Shown: piece after piece, positions 1 through 8,689 of the stretch
How the letters are laid out: each line of letters starts with the position of its first letter
Numbering within the stretch: position 1 is the first letter of the stretch
Source: an uncultured Candidatus Altimarinota bacterium
GTDB taxonomy: Bacteria > Patescibacteriota > Gracilibacteria > CAIRYL01
Direction of reading: 5' to 3'
NCBI GenBank assembly: GCA_947311645.1
Contig: CAMZKZ010000002.1
Span: 1-46,798 of the forward strand
Length of the DNA stretch: 46,798 nt
Program-made: the position numbers and the translations under genes
The notes under the pieces: generated by a model
Seen by the model: the letters and a program-made list of their open reading frames with translations, nothing else
Told to the model about the DNA's origin: nothing
The model's database searches: none

Positions 1-13
1 AAATCAAAAACAA

Positions 14-232
14 ATGGCAGAGTTTTATCAAAAATGTTTAAATGCAGGAATTCAGGTGTTTGATTTTTCTGATATTATGCGAAAAGCACATACTGATGAA
101 GATATGCAAAAAGGGTATAAAGCAAAAAAAACTTCTGAAATTGAATATATGGCAGTTGGAGCACTTATCCCAAGTGATTTTGAAAAAGAGTTTTTAAGTG
201 GGTTAGAATTGTTTGGGAGTGAGAAAAGATAA
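14..232 (+). CDS. hypothetical protein, possibly 5'-partial because the frame stays open to the window start
   Basis: ORF track. There is no stop upstream in frame within nt 2-13, and the stop TAA is directly followed by the next ATG at 233. I recognise no motif. Confidence 0.3.
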   Translation: MAEFYQKCLNAGIQVFDFSDIMRKAHTDEDMQKGYKAKKTSEIEYMAVGALIPSDFEKEFLSGLELFGSEKR

Positions 233-454
233 ATGAAGTTAAGTTATGTTATAGTCTATACAATGAAAAATACAGTAAAATACATCGTAATTATTGGACT
301 GGCTTTTACCGCTGGGTTTTTAGCAAATATGAGTATTAATATTTCTTTTGATGATATTCTTTCTAACGGAGTAGAGCAGGGTGCAAAAGAAATGTGGAAT
401 TCTCCTAGTAATGCAATGGATAGTGGGAAAGAGTTTATGAAAAAAGTTTGGTAG
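233..454 (+). CDS. small hypothetical membrane protein with one predicted TM helix
   Basis: ORF track. Hydrophobic stretch YIVIIGLAFTAGFLA. The gene abuts the previous ORF's stop. The real start may be the internal Met (MKNTVKY). Confidence 0.3.
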   Translation: MKLSYVIVYTMKNTVKYIVIIGLAFTAGFLANMSINISFDDILSNGVEQGAKEMWNSPSNAMDSGKEFMKKVW

Positions 455-525
455 AAAATAAAAATGCTAGACATGTTCTTTTCTTTTTGATAAGTTATAT
501 TTTGCAACCTTGTGTGTTGCATTGT

Positions 526-600
526 CGCGGGGTGGAGAAGTGGTATCTCGTCGGGCTCATAACCCGAAGATCATAGGTTCGATTCCTATCCCCGCAACCA
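526..600 (+). tRNA. initiator tRNA-fMet (anticodon CAT), CCA encoded
   Basis: Cloverleaf read by eye: acceptor cgcgggg/ccccgca with a C1-A72 mismatch, anticodon stem tcGGG/CCCga with three G-C pairs, loop ctCATaa, T-loop ggttcgattcc, 3' acca. The mismatch and the G-C pairs are initiator hallmarks. Confidence 0.9.
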
Positions 601-696
601 AAAAAGTGTTGTACATAATAATCATAAAATCTTTATTGTTTTCAGAAATTACGATGATAACAGGGAAAATATTATGATTATTTTTTTATAGGCTAT

Positions 697-786
697 GCGA
701 AAGTGGTGGAATGGTAGACACGCTGGCTTGAGGGGCCAGTGACCGCAATTTTGGTCGTGGAGGTTCAAGTCCTCTCTTTCGCACCA
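697..786 (+). tRNA. tRNA-Leu (anticodon GAG), long variable arm, CCA encoded
   Basis: Acceptor gcgaaag/ctttcgc, anticodon stem ctggc/gccag with loop ttGAGgg, long variable arm, T-loop ggttcaagtcc, 3' acca. Confidence 0.9.
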
Positions 787-810
787 TATTTATATAATAA
801 AAATAGTATT

Positions 811-2028
811 ATGCTTAAGGATAAAATGTTGAACTTGTATAAAAGTACTATACAATTCCTTTATGCTCATATTTCAAAATTAAAACGATGGTCGGAGATA
901 GAAAAAGAATTATCTGAAGATGAAAAAAAGATTGAAAAAAAGTTTTTTCTTTCTGTTTTTTTCTTTGGTTTTTTTGTGTTTTCTTCTGCATCTGCATCAA
1001 ATTATTTAGAAAATCAAGGAATATCAACATGTGATGAAGGAGAAAGTGCAAATGAGTGTATTGTTATTGGTGGAACAGATTTTTGGTATATAGCAGATGA
1101 GGTATTTGAGAATACAGATTCTGATTATATGCTTGCGGAAGATGGGTTTTTTGCCAAAGCAAGTGTGCCAACAGTAGGAGAGGCTGATAGATCAGGAATT
1201 GCAACGGTAACACGATATGAAGTACAATCTGGAGATACTATTGGATTGATTGCAAAAAAATTTAATATTACAGAAAAAACAATTAGAGATAATAATAATA
1301 TTAAAGAAAAAGAAGTCTTGGAAACGGGAGATATATTGAAAATATTACCAGTGGATGGGTATTTGTATACGGTAAAAAGAGGGGATACGATTTCTGGAAT
1401 TTCAAAAAAATTTGATATCGATCAGGATTTATTGGTGAAGCAAAATAATTTAGATGTTCGTGGATTAAAATCAGGATTTTCTGTGATTTTGCCAGGAAAA
1501 GAAAAACCGGTATATGTTCCACCAGTTGTTACACCATCACGATATGTAGCAACTCGAAATACTTCTACTCAGTCGTATAATGGAAATAAAACAAATACTG
1601 CGGTTGTAAAACAATATGTAGCACCGCGTACAGGAAAGAAATTTTCATGGCCAGTTGTAGGTGGTGGAACCATAACACAGCGATTCCATTATGGGCATTA
1701 TGCGGTAGATATATGGGGGCCAAATCAGCCTGGAATTAAAGCTATTGGTTCTGGAACGGTTATTAGAGCTGCATATAACTGTGCTCCACGGTCATATGGA
1801 TGTCAGGGAGGATATGGTAATCTTGTTGTTATAGATCATGGAAATGGGTACAAAGGGTTGTATGCACATAATTCAGCAGTATATGTAAAAGTTGGGCAAA
1901 AGGTTACTGCTGGACAAGTAATTGCAAAAATGGGAAATTCTGGAAATACGAGAGGGAGAACGGGGATTCATTTGCATTTTGAACTGACATATAATGGTCG
2001 AAAAATTAATCCTTTAAGTTATTTATAG
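811..2028 (+). CDS. secreted or membrane-anchored peptidoglycan hydrolase with two LysM domains and a C-terminal M23 metallopeptidase
   Basis: Two LysM-like repeats (YEVQSGDTIGLIAKKFNI, YTVKRGDTISGISKKFDI). M23 signature HYGHYAVDIW ... GNSGNTRGRTGIHLHFEL. N-terminal hydrophobic segment. The start was moved to the first ATG (811) because the ORF-track GTG start at 739 lies inside tRNA-Leu. Confidence 0.85.
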   Translation: MLKDKMLNLYKSTIQFLYAHISKLKRWSEIEKELSEDEKKIEKKFFLSVFFFGFFVFSSASASNYLENQGISTCDEGESANECIVIGGTDFWYIADEVFENTDSDYMLAEDGFFAKASVPTVGEADRSGIATVTRYEVQSGDTIGLIAKKFNITEKTIRDNNNIKEKEVLETGDILKILPVDGYLYTVKRGDTISGISKKFDIDQDLLVKQNNLDVRGLKSGFSVILPGKEKPVYVPPVVTPSRYVATRNTSTQSYNGNKTNTAVVKQYVAPRTGKKFSWPVVGGGTITQRFHYGHYAVDIWGPNQPGIKAIGSGTVIRAAYNCAPRSYGCQGGYGNLVVIDHGNGYKGLYAHNSAVYVKVGQKVTAGQVIAKMGNSGNTRGRTGIHLHFELTYNGRKINPLSYL

Positions 2029-2066
2029 TAGTATGGTATAAGATTTATATTATAAAACTTATATCG

Positions 2067-2195
2067 TATTGTGTGGTAATATATTGTTAATATCAGTTAT
2101 AGTATTGTAAAAAAATCTTGCAATAATATATAGAAAATTATTACAAGATTTTTTAAAATCTACAATTGATATTAACAATATATTACCACACAATA
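2067..2195. repeat. composite palindromic element: perfect 26-bp inverted repeat (28 bp with the flanking TA) enclosing an inner terminator-like hairpin
   Basis: The left arm ttgtgtggtaatatattgttaatatc (2069-2094) is the exact reverse complement of 2168-2193, and TA flanks both arms. The inner hairpin (2109-2154) pairs atcttg/caagat and aataat/attatt and sits between an A-run and a T-run. Confidence 0.8.
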
Positions 2196-3049
2196 TGTAC
2201 GCATTAAATAGATCTAAATTCATTGGTTATGTAACAGAAAAACCAGAGATTCGAACAATTCCGAGTGGAATGGAAGTATGTGATGTAAATATTCGAGTTA
2301 TTTCACGGGTAACAAAAGAAGATGGGTCTTCTTTTAATTCAACATCGTTTCATACTGCAACATTTTGGGGTGGTATTGCAAAAACAGTTGGGTCGTATAC
2401 AGATGTTGGTTCTCAAATTTATATAGAAGGACGATTGAAAACTGATTCATGGCAAGGTGATGATGGAAAGGCACGATATAAAACAAAAGTTATTGCAGAA
2501 GATTTAATTCTGCTTTCGCGAAGAGATGGAGATTATCCAGCATTGCAGAGTGCTGTTATTGGTACAGGGTTAAATGAAGTAGAATTGATTGGAAATATAA
2601 CAAAGGATATAGATTTACGAGAAACAACAGCTGGTCAGTCTGTGGCATCAACATCTGTTGCAACAAATCGAAAATGGAAAAATCGACAAACAAATGAGTT
2701 TCAAGAAGAAACAGAATTTCATAATATTGTATTGTGGGGTGATCTTGCAAAAGAAGCTGCTAACACTGTTTCTAAAGGGGCAAAAGTGTATTTAAAAGGG
2801 CGTTTACAAAATAGATCGTGGGAAACTCCAGAAGGGGAAAAACGGTATACTACAGAAGTTATTGTAGAGTCTATTTCAGCATTGGGGCATGAAGCACCAC
2901 TTGCAATGAATGCTGATACTTTTTCAGCACCAGCATCTGCACCAGTCGCACAATCTTCTTCTGTTGAGTCTACTCCTGCTCCTTCGGCAGAGGATATTCC
3001 AACTATTTCATATGAGTCTGATATTAAACCAGAAGATTTACCATTTTAA
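2195..3049 (+). CDS. ssb: single-stranded DNA-binding protein with two tandem OB folds and an acidic C-terminal tip
   Basis: Two SSB-like OB domains (FHTATFWGGIAK...GSQIYIEGRLKTDSWQGDDGKARYKTKV and FHNIVLWGDLAKEAA...GAKVYLKGRLQNRSWETPEGEKRYTTEV). Pro/Ser/Ala-rich linker. The tail ends in EDLPF, resembling the canonical D-D-D-I-P-F tip. Confidence 0.9.
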   Translation: MYALNRSKFIGYVTEKPEIRTIPSGMEVCDVNIRVISRVTKEDGSSFNSTSFHTATFWGGIAKTVGSYTDVGSQIYIEGRLKTDSWQGDDGKARYKTKVIAEDLILLSRRDGDYPALQSAVIGTGLNEVELIGNITKDIDLRETTAGQSVASTSVATNRKWKNRQTNEFQEETEFHNIVLWGDLAKEAANTVSKGAKVYLKGRLQNRSWETPEGEKRYTTEVIVESISALGHEAPLAMNADTFSAPASAPVAQSSSVESTPAPSAEDIPTISYESDIKPEDLPF

Positions 3050-3088
3050 CAGAATTTTCGATAATTGTCTTTATCGTTTTGTTCACAG

Positions 3089-3126
3089 AAAGTTCTTTAT
3101 GTTTTATGATGTAAAGAACTTTTTTG
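3089..3126 (+). terminator. intrinsic terminator after ssb
   Basis: Stem aaagttcttta (3089-3099) pairs with taaagaacttt (3112-3122) and is followed by a T-run. Confidence 0.7.
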
Positions 3127-3154
3127 TTCTTTATTATTTTTTATATAAATATAC

Positions 3155-4453
3155 ATGTTTACACAGAAAAAACTTGAAAATGGGTTACAGATTGTAACAT
3201 CTTCGAGTGAATCAACAAATACTGTAACGCTTCTTATTCTTGTGGGTGCAGGAAGTCGATATGAAACAGATGCAGAGCGTGGAATTGCACATTTCCAAGA
3301 GCATATGTTTTTTAAGGGAGGTGATAGATTTACTACTGCAAAAGAGGTTGCACAAGCAATCGATGGTGTAGGAGGAGATTTTAATGCATTTACAGGGAAA
3401 GAATATGTTGGATATTATGTGAAAATAGCGCGTAAAAAAAAAGAATTTGCATTTGATGTATTATCTGACATGTTGTTGAATGCAAAATTTCCACAAGAAG
3501 AAATTGAAAAAGAGCGTGGAGTGATTTTGGAAGAAATGAATATGTATGAAGATATGCCAATTTATAAAATTGGGTGGGATTTTGAGGAATTGATGTTTGG
3601 GAATCATCCTATGGCAAAAGACCAAATTGGAACTGTTGAGTTAATTAAAACAGTGAATCAAGAGGATTTTCAAAGTTATAAAGAGCGATTATATACTCCT
3701 GATAATATTGTAATTACTGCGACAGGTGGTATTTCAGAAGAAGAAAATATTGCATTAACACAAAAATATTTTGATTTTACAGGGCATGCACAAAAACAAA
3801 CATGTTTTGCAGTTCCATTTTCATGGGATGTATATAATGAAAATAGTGAAAAGAAGAAACGAATTTTTATTCGAAATAAAAAAACAGAGCAGGCACAACT
3901 GGTAATTGGGTTTCCAAGTTTTGATCGTTCAAGTCAGTATACAGAATCAGTAAAACTTCTTTCGATTCTCTTGGGTGGAAATATGTCTTCACGAATGTTT
4001 TCAAGTGTACGAGAAGAAAAAGGGTTATGTTATTCTATAGGTTCGTCGGTTGATGCATATACAGATTGTGCATTGTTTTCGACACGAGCAGGGGTAACAA
4101 TAGAGCGAACAACAGAGGCAATTGAAGCAATTAAAGAAGAGTATATAAAAATTACAACAGAAGAAGGAAAGCCAACAGAAGAAGAATTGGAACGGGCAAA
4201 AAATTATTATAAAGGAAAGCTGACACTACGAATGGAAGATAGTGAATCGGTTGCAAATTTTTATGGAACGCAATTTGTTTTAGGCGATGAAGTGCTTTCA
4301 TTGGAGGAATATTTTAATCGTATAGATGCAATAACAATTGAGGATATTGTATTTGTTGCACAGAAAATATTTGTAAAAGAGAAAATTGCAATGGCGTTAA
4401 TTGGTCCATTTGAGGGGAAAGAAAAGAAGTTAGAAGAAGTTTTACTTGCATAA
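3155..4453 (+). CDS. M16 (pitrilysin/insulinase) family zinc peptidase
   Basis: Inverted zinc motif HFQEHMFFKG (HxxEH) near the N-terminus. Length and two-domain layout are typical of M16. Confidence 0.85.
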   Translation: MFTQKKLENGLQIVTSSSESTNTVTLLILVGAGSRYETDAERGIAHFQEHMFFKGGDRFTTAKEVAQAIDGVGGDFNAFTGKEYVGYYVKIARKKKEFAFDVLSDMLLNAKFPQEEIEKERGVILEEMNMYEDMPIYKIGWDFEELMFGNHPMAKDQIGTVELIKTVNQEDFQSYKERLYTPDNIVITATGGISEEENIALTQKYFDFTGHAQKQTCFAVPFSWDVYNENSEKKKRIFIRNKKTEQAQLVIGFPSFDRSSQYTESVKLLSILLGGNMSSRMFSSVREEKGLCYSIGSSVDAYTDCALFSTRAGVTIERTTEAIEAIKEEYIKITTEEGKPTEEELERAKNYYKGKLTLRMEDSESVANFYGTQFVLGDEVLSLEEYFNRIDAITIEDIVFVAQKIFVKEKIAMALIGPFEGKEKKLEEVLLA

Positions 4454-4527
4454 AATCTAAAAAAATAGATACAATAGCAAGAGAAACAGGTGAAGAAATA
4501 TCACTTAATACTATTTATTAAAAATAT

Positions 4528-5844
4528 ATGAAAATTACAAGAAAGGATCAAAAAAATTCAATTGTTGAACTTACTGTTGTGTTAGACAAAGCAGAGTTTG
4601 CAAAAGCAGAAGAAACTGCATTACGAAAAATTGCAACAACGGTAAAGGTTGATGGTTTTCGAAAAGGGCATGTTCCAGAAGCAGTACTTCGAAAAAAAGT
4701 AGGAGAAGCTGCAATTAAACAAGAAGCTATAGATCTTGCTATTTCTGAAGGGTATATGAAAGCACTTCAACAAGAAAAAGTGAATCCATTAGCACAGCCA
4801 GAAGTTGCAATTGAAAAAATGGATCCATTAGAATTTAAAATTTCTGTTCAAGTATATCCAGAAGTGAAGCTTGGAAAAATTGATACTTCAAAAGTAAAAA
4901 TTACAGCATCAAAAGTTACAAAAAAAGAAATTGAAGAACAAGTAGAAATGATTTGTAATCAGTCAGCAGAAAAAAAATCTGTAGATCGAGCAGCAAAAAA
5001 AGGTGATACTGCGGTTATTGATTTTGATGGAAAAAATGCAGAAGGAGAAACGCAACCAGGAATGAAAAGTGCTGGACATCCATTAGAACTTGGAACTGGA
5101 GCATTTATTCCAGGGTTTGAAGAAGAAGTAATTGGAATGAAAAAAGGAGAAGAAAAAACATTTCCAATTACATTTCCAAAAGATTATCAATCAACGGATA
5201 TTGCTGGAAAAGAATTTTTCTTTACTGTAACGGTAAATGATGTTTTAGAAAAAACACTTCCAGAGTTTAATGATGAATTTGCAGCAAAAATCACTGGAGA
5301 TGAGAAAAAAACAGCAGATGATTTACGAGAAGAAATTAAAGGTCATTTGAAAAAAAATAAAGATGATGCAAAATATGCTGAAGCACAAAAAGAATTATTT
5401 GAACTTATTGGAAAAGGTGTAACGGCAGAAATTCCACCAATTTTTGTAGAAGAAGAAGTGAAAGGAATGATGGATAATATGAAAATGCAAGGATTACAAC
5501 AAGGTCTTCCTTGGGAAAAATATTTGGAAGTAATGAAAAAAACAGAAGATGAGTTGAAAGCAGAAATGAAAAAAGATGCAGAAAAAGCAGTGCTTTCTCG
5601 ACTTGGTCTACAAGCAATGATAAAAGAAGATGATGAAATTACTGTTTCTGAAGAAGAAATAGAAAAAGAAGTGGCATTAGAGTTGGCACGAATTGACGCA
5701 CAGGCCGTGCAACAAAAACGAAAACCAGAAGAAGTTGCAGAGAGAAAAGCATCGTTTCAAAAAGGATATGATGGATGGGCTCAAGTTGAAAATAGACTTC
5801 ATATTCGAAAATTTTTCGATAAATATCTTGGGAAAAAAGCCTAA
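4528..5844 (+). CDS. tig: trigger factor
   Basis: N-terminal ribosome-binding signature GFRKGHVP, a central FKBP-like PPIase region (DFDGK...GFEEEVIGMKKGE), and a typical length of 438 aa. Confidence 0.9.
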   Translation: MKITRKDQKNSIVELTVVLDKAEFAKAEETALRKIATTVKVDGFRKGHVPEAVLRKKVGEAAIKQEAIDLAISEGYMKALQQEKVNPLAQPEVAIEKMDPLEFKISVQVYPEVKLGKIDTSKVKITASKVTKKEIEEQVEMICNQSAEKKSVDRAAKKGDTAVIDFDGKNAEGETQPGMKSAGHPLELGTGAFIPGFEEEVIGMKKGEEKTFPITFPKDYQSTDIAGKEFFFTVTVNDVLEKTLPEFNDEFAAKITGDEKKTADDLREEIKGHLKKNKDDAKYAEAQKELFELIGKGVTAEIPPIFVEEEVKGMMDNMKMQGLQQGLPWEKYLEVMKKTEDELKAEMKKDAEKAVLSRLGLQAMIKEDDEITVSEEEIEKEVALELARIDAQAVQQKRKPEEVAERKASFQKGYDGWAQVENRLHIRKFFDKYLGKKA

Positions 5845-5875
5845 TAATAGTTATAAAATTCTTAGCATTAAAAAA

Positions 5876-5907
5876 AGAGAAGATTACATGCAATCTTCTC
5901 TTTTTTT
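5876..5907. terminator. bidirectional intrinsic terminator between the convergent tig and helicase genes
   Basis: Stem agagaagatt (5876-5885) pairs with aatcttctct (5892-5901), with an A-run upstream and a T-run downstream. Confidence 0.75.
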
Positions 5908-5930
5908 ATATGTATTTATATTTTTTAATT

Positions 5931-7274
5931 TTATCTTTGTCTCTTTGTCTCTTTGTCTCTTTGTCTCGTGTCTAATCTTTTTCTTCCGCCTCTTCCACTT
6001 TTAGAATTTCGTATGCCTCGGTTATTTCTGTCGTTGCTTCGTGTACCTCTTCCTCGTTGTGATTGAGAATGCTTAAAATGTTGTCGTTTTTTTACTGTAT
6101 TTGAGAGTTCATGAGTGGTATGAAAATCATGTTCTTGGTCAATTTTTATTTTTTTTCCAATAAGTTTTTGAATATCATGTATATATGCGACTTCTGTTGC
6201 ATCACAAAATGAAAGTGCGATTCCAGTATTTTGTGCACGCCCTGTTCTTCCAATTCTATGAACATAGGTTTCTGGTTCGTTTGGAATTTCAAAATTAATA
6301 ACATGTGAAAGCTGATCTATATCTATTCCACGAGATGCTAAATCGGTTGCAACAAGAACTTTTATTTTTCCTGATTTAAAATCTTTTAAGGCATTTTGTC
6401 GAAAATTTTGCGATTTATTTCCATGAATAGCAGCAGCACCAACTCCAATACTATTTACAAATTCTGCAATTTTATTTGCTTTATGCTTTGTGCGTGTAAA
6501 AACCAGTACAGATTTTGTTTTTCTATTGAGAAGAATATCTTCGAGTAATTTTTGTTTGTTTTTTGTATCGACCATAAATAATTTTTGATCTACTGTTTCT
6601 GCTGTGGAAGAAACTGGTGCAACGGTTACACGCGTTGGGTTTGTAAGGAGTGAATTTGCGAGTGCAATAATAGAATTTGGCATCGTTGCAGAAAAAAATA
6701 ACGATTGTCGTTTTTCTGGAAGTGCTTTAATTATTTTTTTTACATCGTGTACAAATCCCATATCAAGCATTCTATCTGCTTCATCAAGTGTGAATATTTT
6801 AAGGTCTTTTAATGAGATAATTCCTTGATTCATGAGGTCTAAAAGTCTTCCAGGGGTTGCCGTTAGAATATCTACACCTCTGTTGAGTGCAATAACTTGA
6901 GAATGTTGTTTTACTCCACCAAAAATAACAGTATGTTTTAATCCTGTTCCTTGTGAGTATTCTTTTATATTTTCATCTATTTGAATAGCAAGTTCTCGTG
7001 TTGGAGTTACAATTAAGCATTTTACTCCTTGTTTTTTCCATGCACTCCAGTCCGATCCATTATTTCCTTTGTTTCGTTCTTCTATTAAAATATTGAGTGT
7101 TGGAATAGCAAATGCTGCTGTTTTTCCTGTTCCTGTTTGTGCACATCCTAAAAGGTCTTTTCGCTTAAGAATAGGTTCTATTGCTTGTTCTTGAATTGGT
7201 GTTGGGTGAGTGTATCCTTTTTCTGCAATTGCTTTTTGAATTGTTTTGTGGAGCGGAAGGTCTGTAAAAATCAT
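5931..7274 (-). CDS. DEAD-box ATP-dependent RNA helicase (RhlE-like) with an Arg-rich C-terminal tail
   Basis: Q motif (TPIQ), motif I AQTGTGKTAAF, DEAD, SAT, HRIGRTGRA. The start was moved to the ATG at 7274 (MIFTDLPLHK) because the ORF-track extension to 7421 overlaps the RNase P RNA. Confidence 0.9.
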   Translation of the reverse strand: MIFTDLPLHKTIQKAIAEKGYTHPTPIQEQAIEPILKRKDLLGCAQTGTGKTAAFAIPTLNILIEERNKGNNGSDWSAWKKQGVKCLIVTPTRELAIQIDENIKEYSQGTGLKHTVIFGGVKQHSQVIALNRGVDILTATPGRLLDLMNQGIISLKDLKIFTLDEADRMLDMGFVHDVKKIIKALPEKRQSLFFSATMPNSIIALANSLLTNPTRVTVAPVSSTAETVDQKLFMVDTKNKQKLLEDILLNRKTKSVLVFTRTKHKANKIAEFVNSIGVGAAAIHGNKSQNFRQNALKDFKSGKIKVLVATDLASRGIDIDQLSHVINFEIPNEPETYVHRIGRTGRAQNTGIALSFCDATEVAYIHDIQKLIGKKIKIDQEHDFHTTHELSNTVKKRQHFKHSQSQRGRGTRSNDRNNRGIRNSKSGRGGRKRLDTRQRDKETKRQR

Positions 7275-7292
7275 AAAATTGTAGTGTATAAA

Positions 7293-7655
7293 AGTGAAGT
7301 ATGGGTCATACGCCGAGTTCTGTTTTTCAGAGAAGAATCTATCTAGTTTTATATTCGCATATAAAATCGAGCAGTGGGTGATAAAAATTTCAATAGTACC
7401 ATAAAAATTTTTATACACCATCCCACCTTGCTGAAATATTGGGGTTTACCGTTCATCACTATTACTAGTGAGAATTTTGCAAATGCAAAACGTTTCATAT
7501 CCTCAAGCAAATATATTTGCAAGATTGCTGCGTCTCTGTGGCACTTTCCGTACTTTTTTCAAAGCCCCTTCCGTTAGAAGGCAATACTGGTATCTATCAG
7601 CTCGGACGTTCCTTTTGTGTTTGTAGACACAAATACTTCTCTCACCATACTTCAT
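7293..7655 (-). ncRNA. rnpB: RNase P RNA, bacterial type A
   Basis: Read on the minus strand. P1 is GAAGUAUGG / CCCAUACUUC. P2 is GAGAGAAG / CUUCUCU. P3 is the hairpin UUUGUGU-CUACA-ACACAAA. The P4 5' strand is GGAACGUCCGAGC and the P4 3' strand is ACAGAACUCGGCGUAUGA. Conserved GUGCCACAGAGACGCAGCAA and ACGGUAAACCCCA...AGCAAGGUGGG blocks match the E. coli M1 RNA layout. Confidence 0.85.
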
Positions 7656-7675
7656 ATCTATCCTACAGTATTTTG

Positions 7676-8659
7676 TTATAATCTTATACTTTTTTTTCCT
7701 TCTCGTTGAATTTCTTTTACTTCGACAAATTCAATGTTTTTGTCTTCTCGAGTATTATCGTGTAAAACAATATATTTTTTCTTTTGAAATGTTATATAGT
7801 CTCCAACTTCTACAGTTTCTTTTGTAAAGTGTATAATTCGTTTACTTATATATTTTTCTAGTAATGCATTGTGAATTTCTGGAAGAATATCAAAGTGAAG
7901 ATCTATTAATTTTACGCGTTTTTGGTAATCGTCAAAATAAAAAATTCCTGGCCATGCATTAAATGCTGTGTATTTTTTTGATAATTCTGTTTTTGAAATA
8001 GTTGTAAGGTCTACTTCTCCATCGGATTTTTGAAATTTTCCACAATAACTTGCCTGTTTTTCATTTTGCGGTGTGGGAGAAAGGGTGTGAAATTCTGTAA
8101 TGAGGGTATGTAAAAGGGATTTCCCTTTATGTGTCATTTCTTCTAATACTTGCGTATATGTTTTATTATATTTTTTTGATTGTTGGAGTGTTACTTTTTC
8201 TTGAAGATAAATATCTCCTGCATCCATTGCGGGAACAAGTGAAAAAATAGTGATTCCAGATTCTTTATTTCCTGCGAGTAATGCAGACTGAACAGGCGAT
8301 GCACCTCTGTATTGAGGAAGAAGTGAGAAGTGAAGGTTAAATGTTCCTGATGGTGGAATATCGATTACAGATTGAGGAATAAGTGTTCCATATGCGACGA
8401 TAATGAAAAAATCGGCACAGAGAATTTGAAGATCGGCAACAACATCTTCTGTAAAAACTTCTGGAGTAAAAACAGGAATATTGTTTTTTTGTGCTATTTT
8501 TTTTACTGGTGATGCGGTAAGAATTTTTTTTCTTCCAACATGTCTATCTGGGTTTGTAACCACGCCAACAACTTCTATTTCATGGCTACATTCATCTAAA
8601 AAATAACGAAGAATATCTGCAGAATGATCCGGTGTTCCAAAAAATACAATTTTTTTCAT
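7676..8659 (-). CDS. fmt: methionyl-tRNA formyltransferase
   Basis: N-terminal MKKIVFFGTP and the formyltransferase core HFSLLPQYRGASPVQSALLAG. Confidence 0.9.
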   Translation of the reverse strand: MKKIVFFGTPDHSADILRYFLDECSHEIEVVGVVTNPDRHVGRKKILTASPVKKIAQKNNIPVFTPEVFTEDVVADLQILCADFFIIVAYGTLIPQSVIDIPPSGTFNLHFSLLPQYRGASPVQSALLAGNKESGITIFSLVPAMDAGDIYLQEKVTLQQSKKYNKTYTQVLEEMTHKGKSLLHTLITEFHTLSPTPQNEKQASYCGKFQKSDGEVDLTTISKTELSKKYTAFNAWPGIFYFDDYQKRVKLIDLHFDILPEIHNALLEKYISKRIIHFTKETVEVGDYITFQKKKYIVLHDNTREDKNIEFVEVKEIQREGKKSIRL

Positions 8660-8689
8660 AGAGATAAATAAGAGGGAAAGATTTTTATG

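Noticed and set aside
612-690. Hairpin (aataatcataa / ttatgattatt) with a T-run between the two tRNA genes, as a terminator
   Set aside because: The loop is about 45 nt, and the stem is pure A/T. It is too weak to call, and the tRNAs may be co-transcribed.
739-810. N-terminal extension of the M23 peptidase ORF (GTG at 739)
   Set aside because: It lies inside the tRNA-Leu(GAG) gene (697-786). The first ATG at 811 gives a sensible start.
5934-5972. CRISPR-like arrays (this 8-nt repeat, and the 12-nt repeat at 29246-29305)
   Set aside because: The units are far too short, they are directly tandem with no spacers, and no cas genes are present.
7275-7577. 49-codon N-terminal extension of the helicase ORF and the 67-aa plus-strand ORF at 7374-7577
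   Set aside because: Both overlap the RNase P RNA gene. The helicase Q-motif region begins right after the ATG at 7274.
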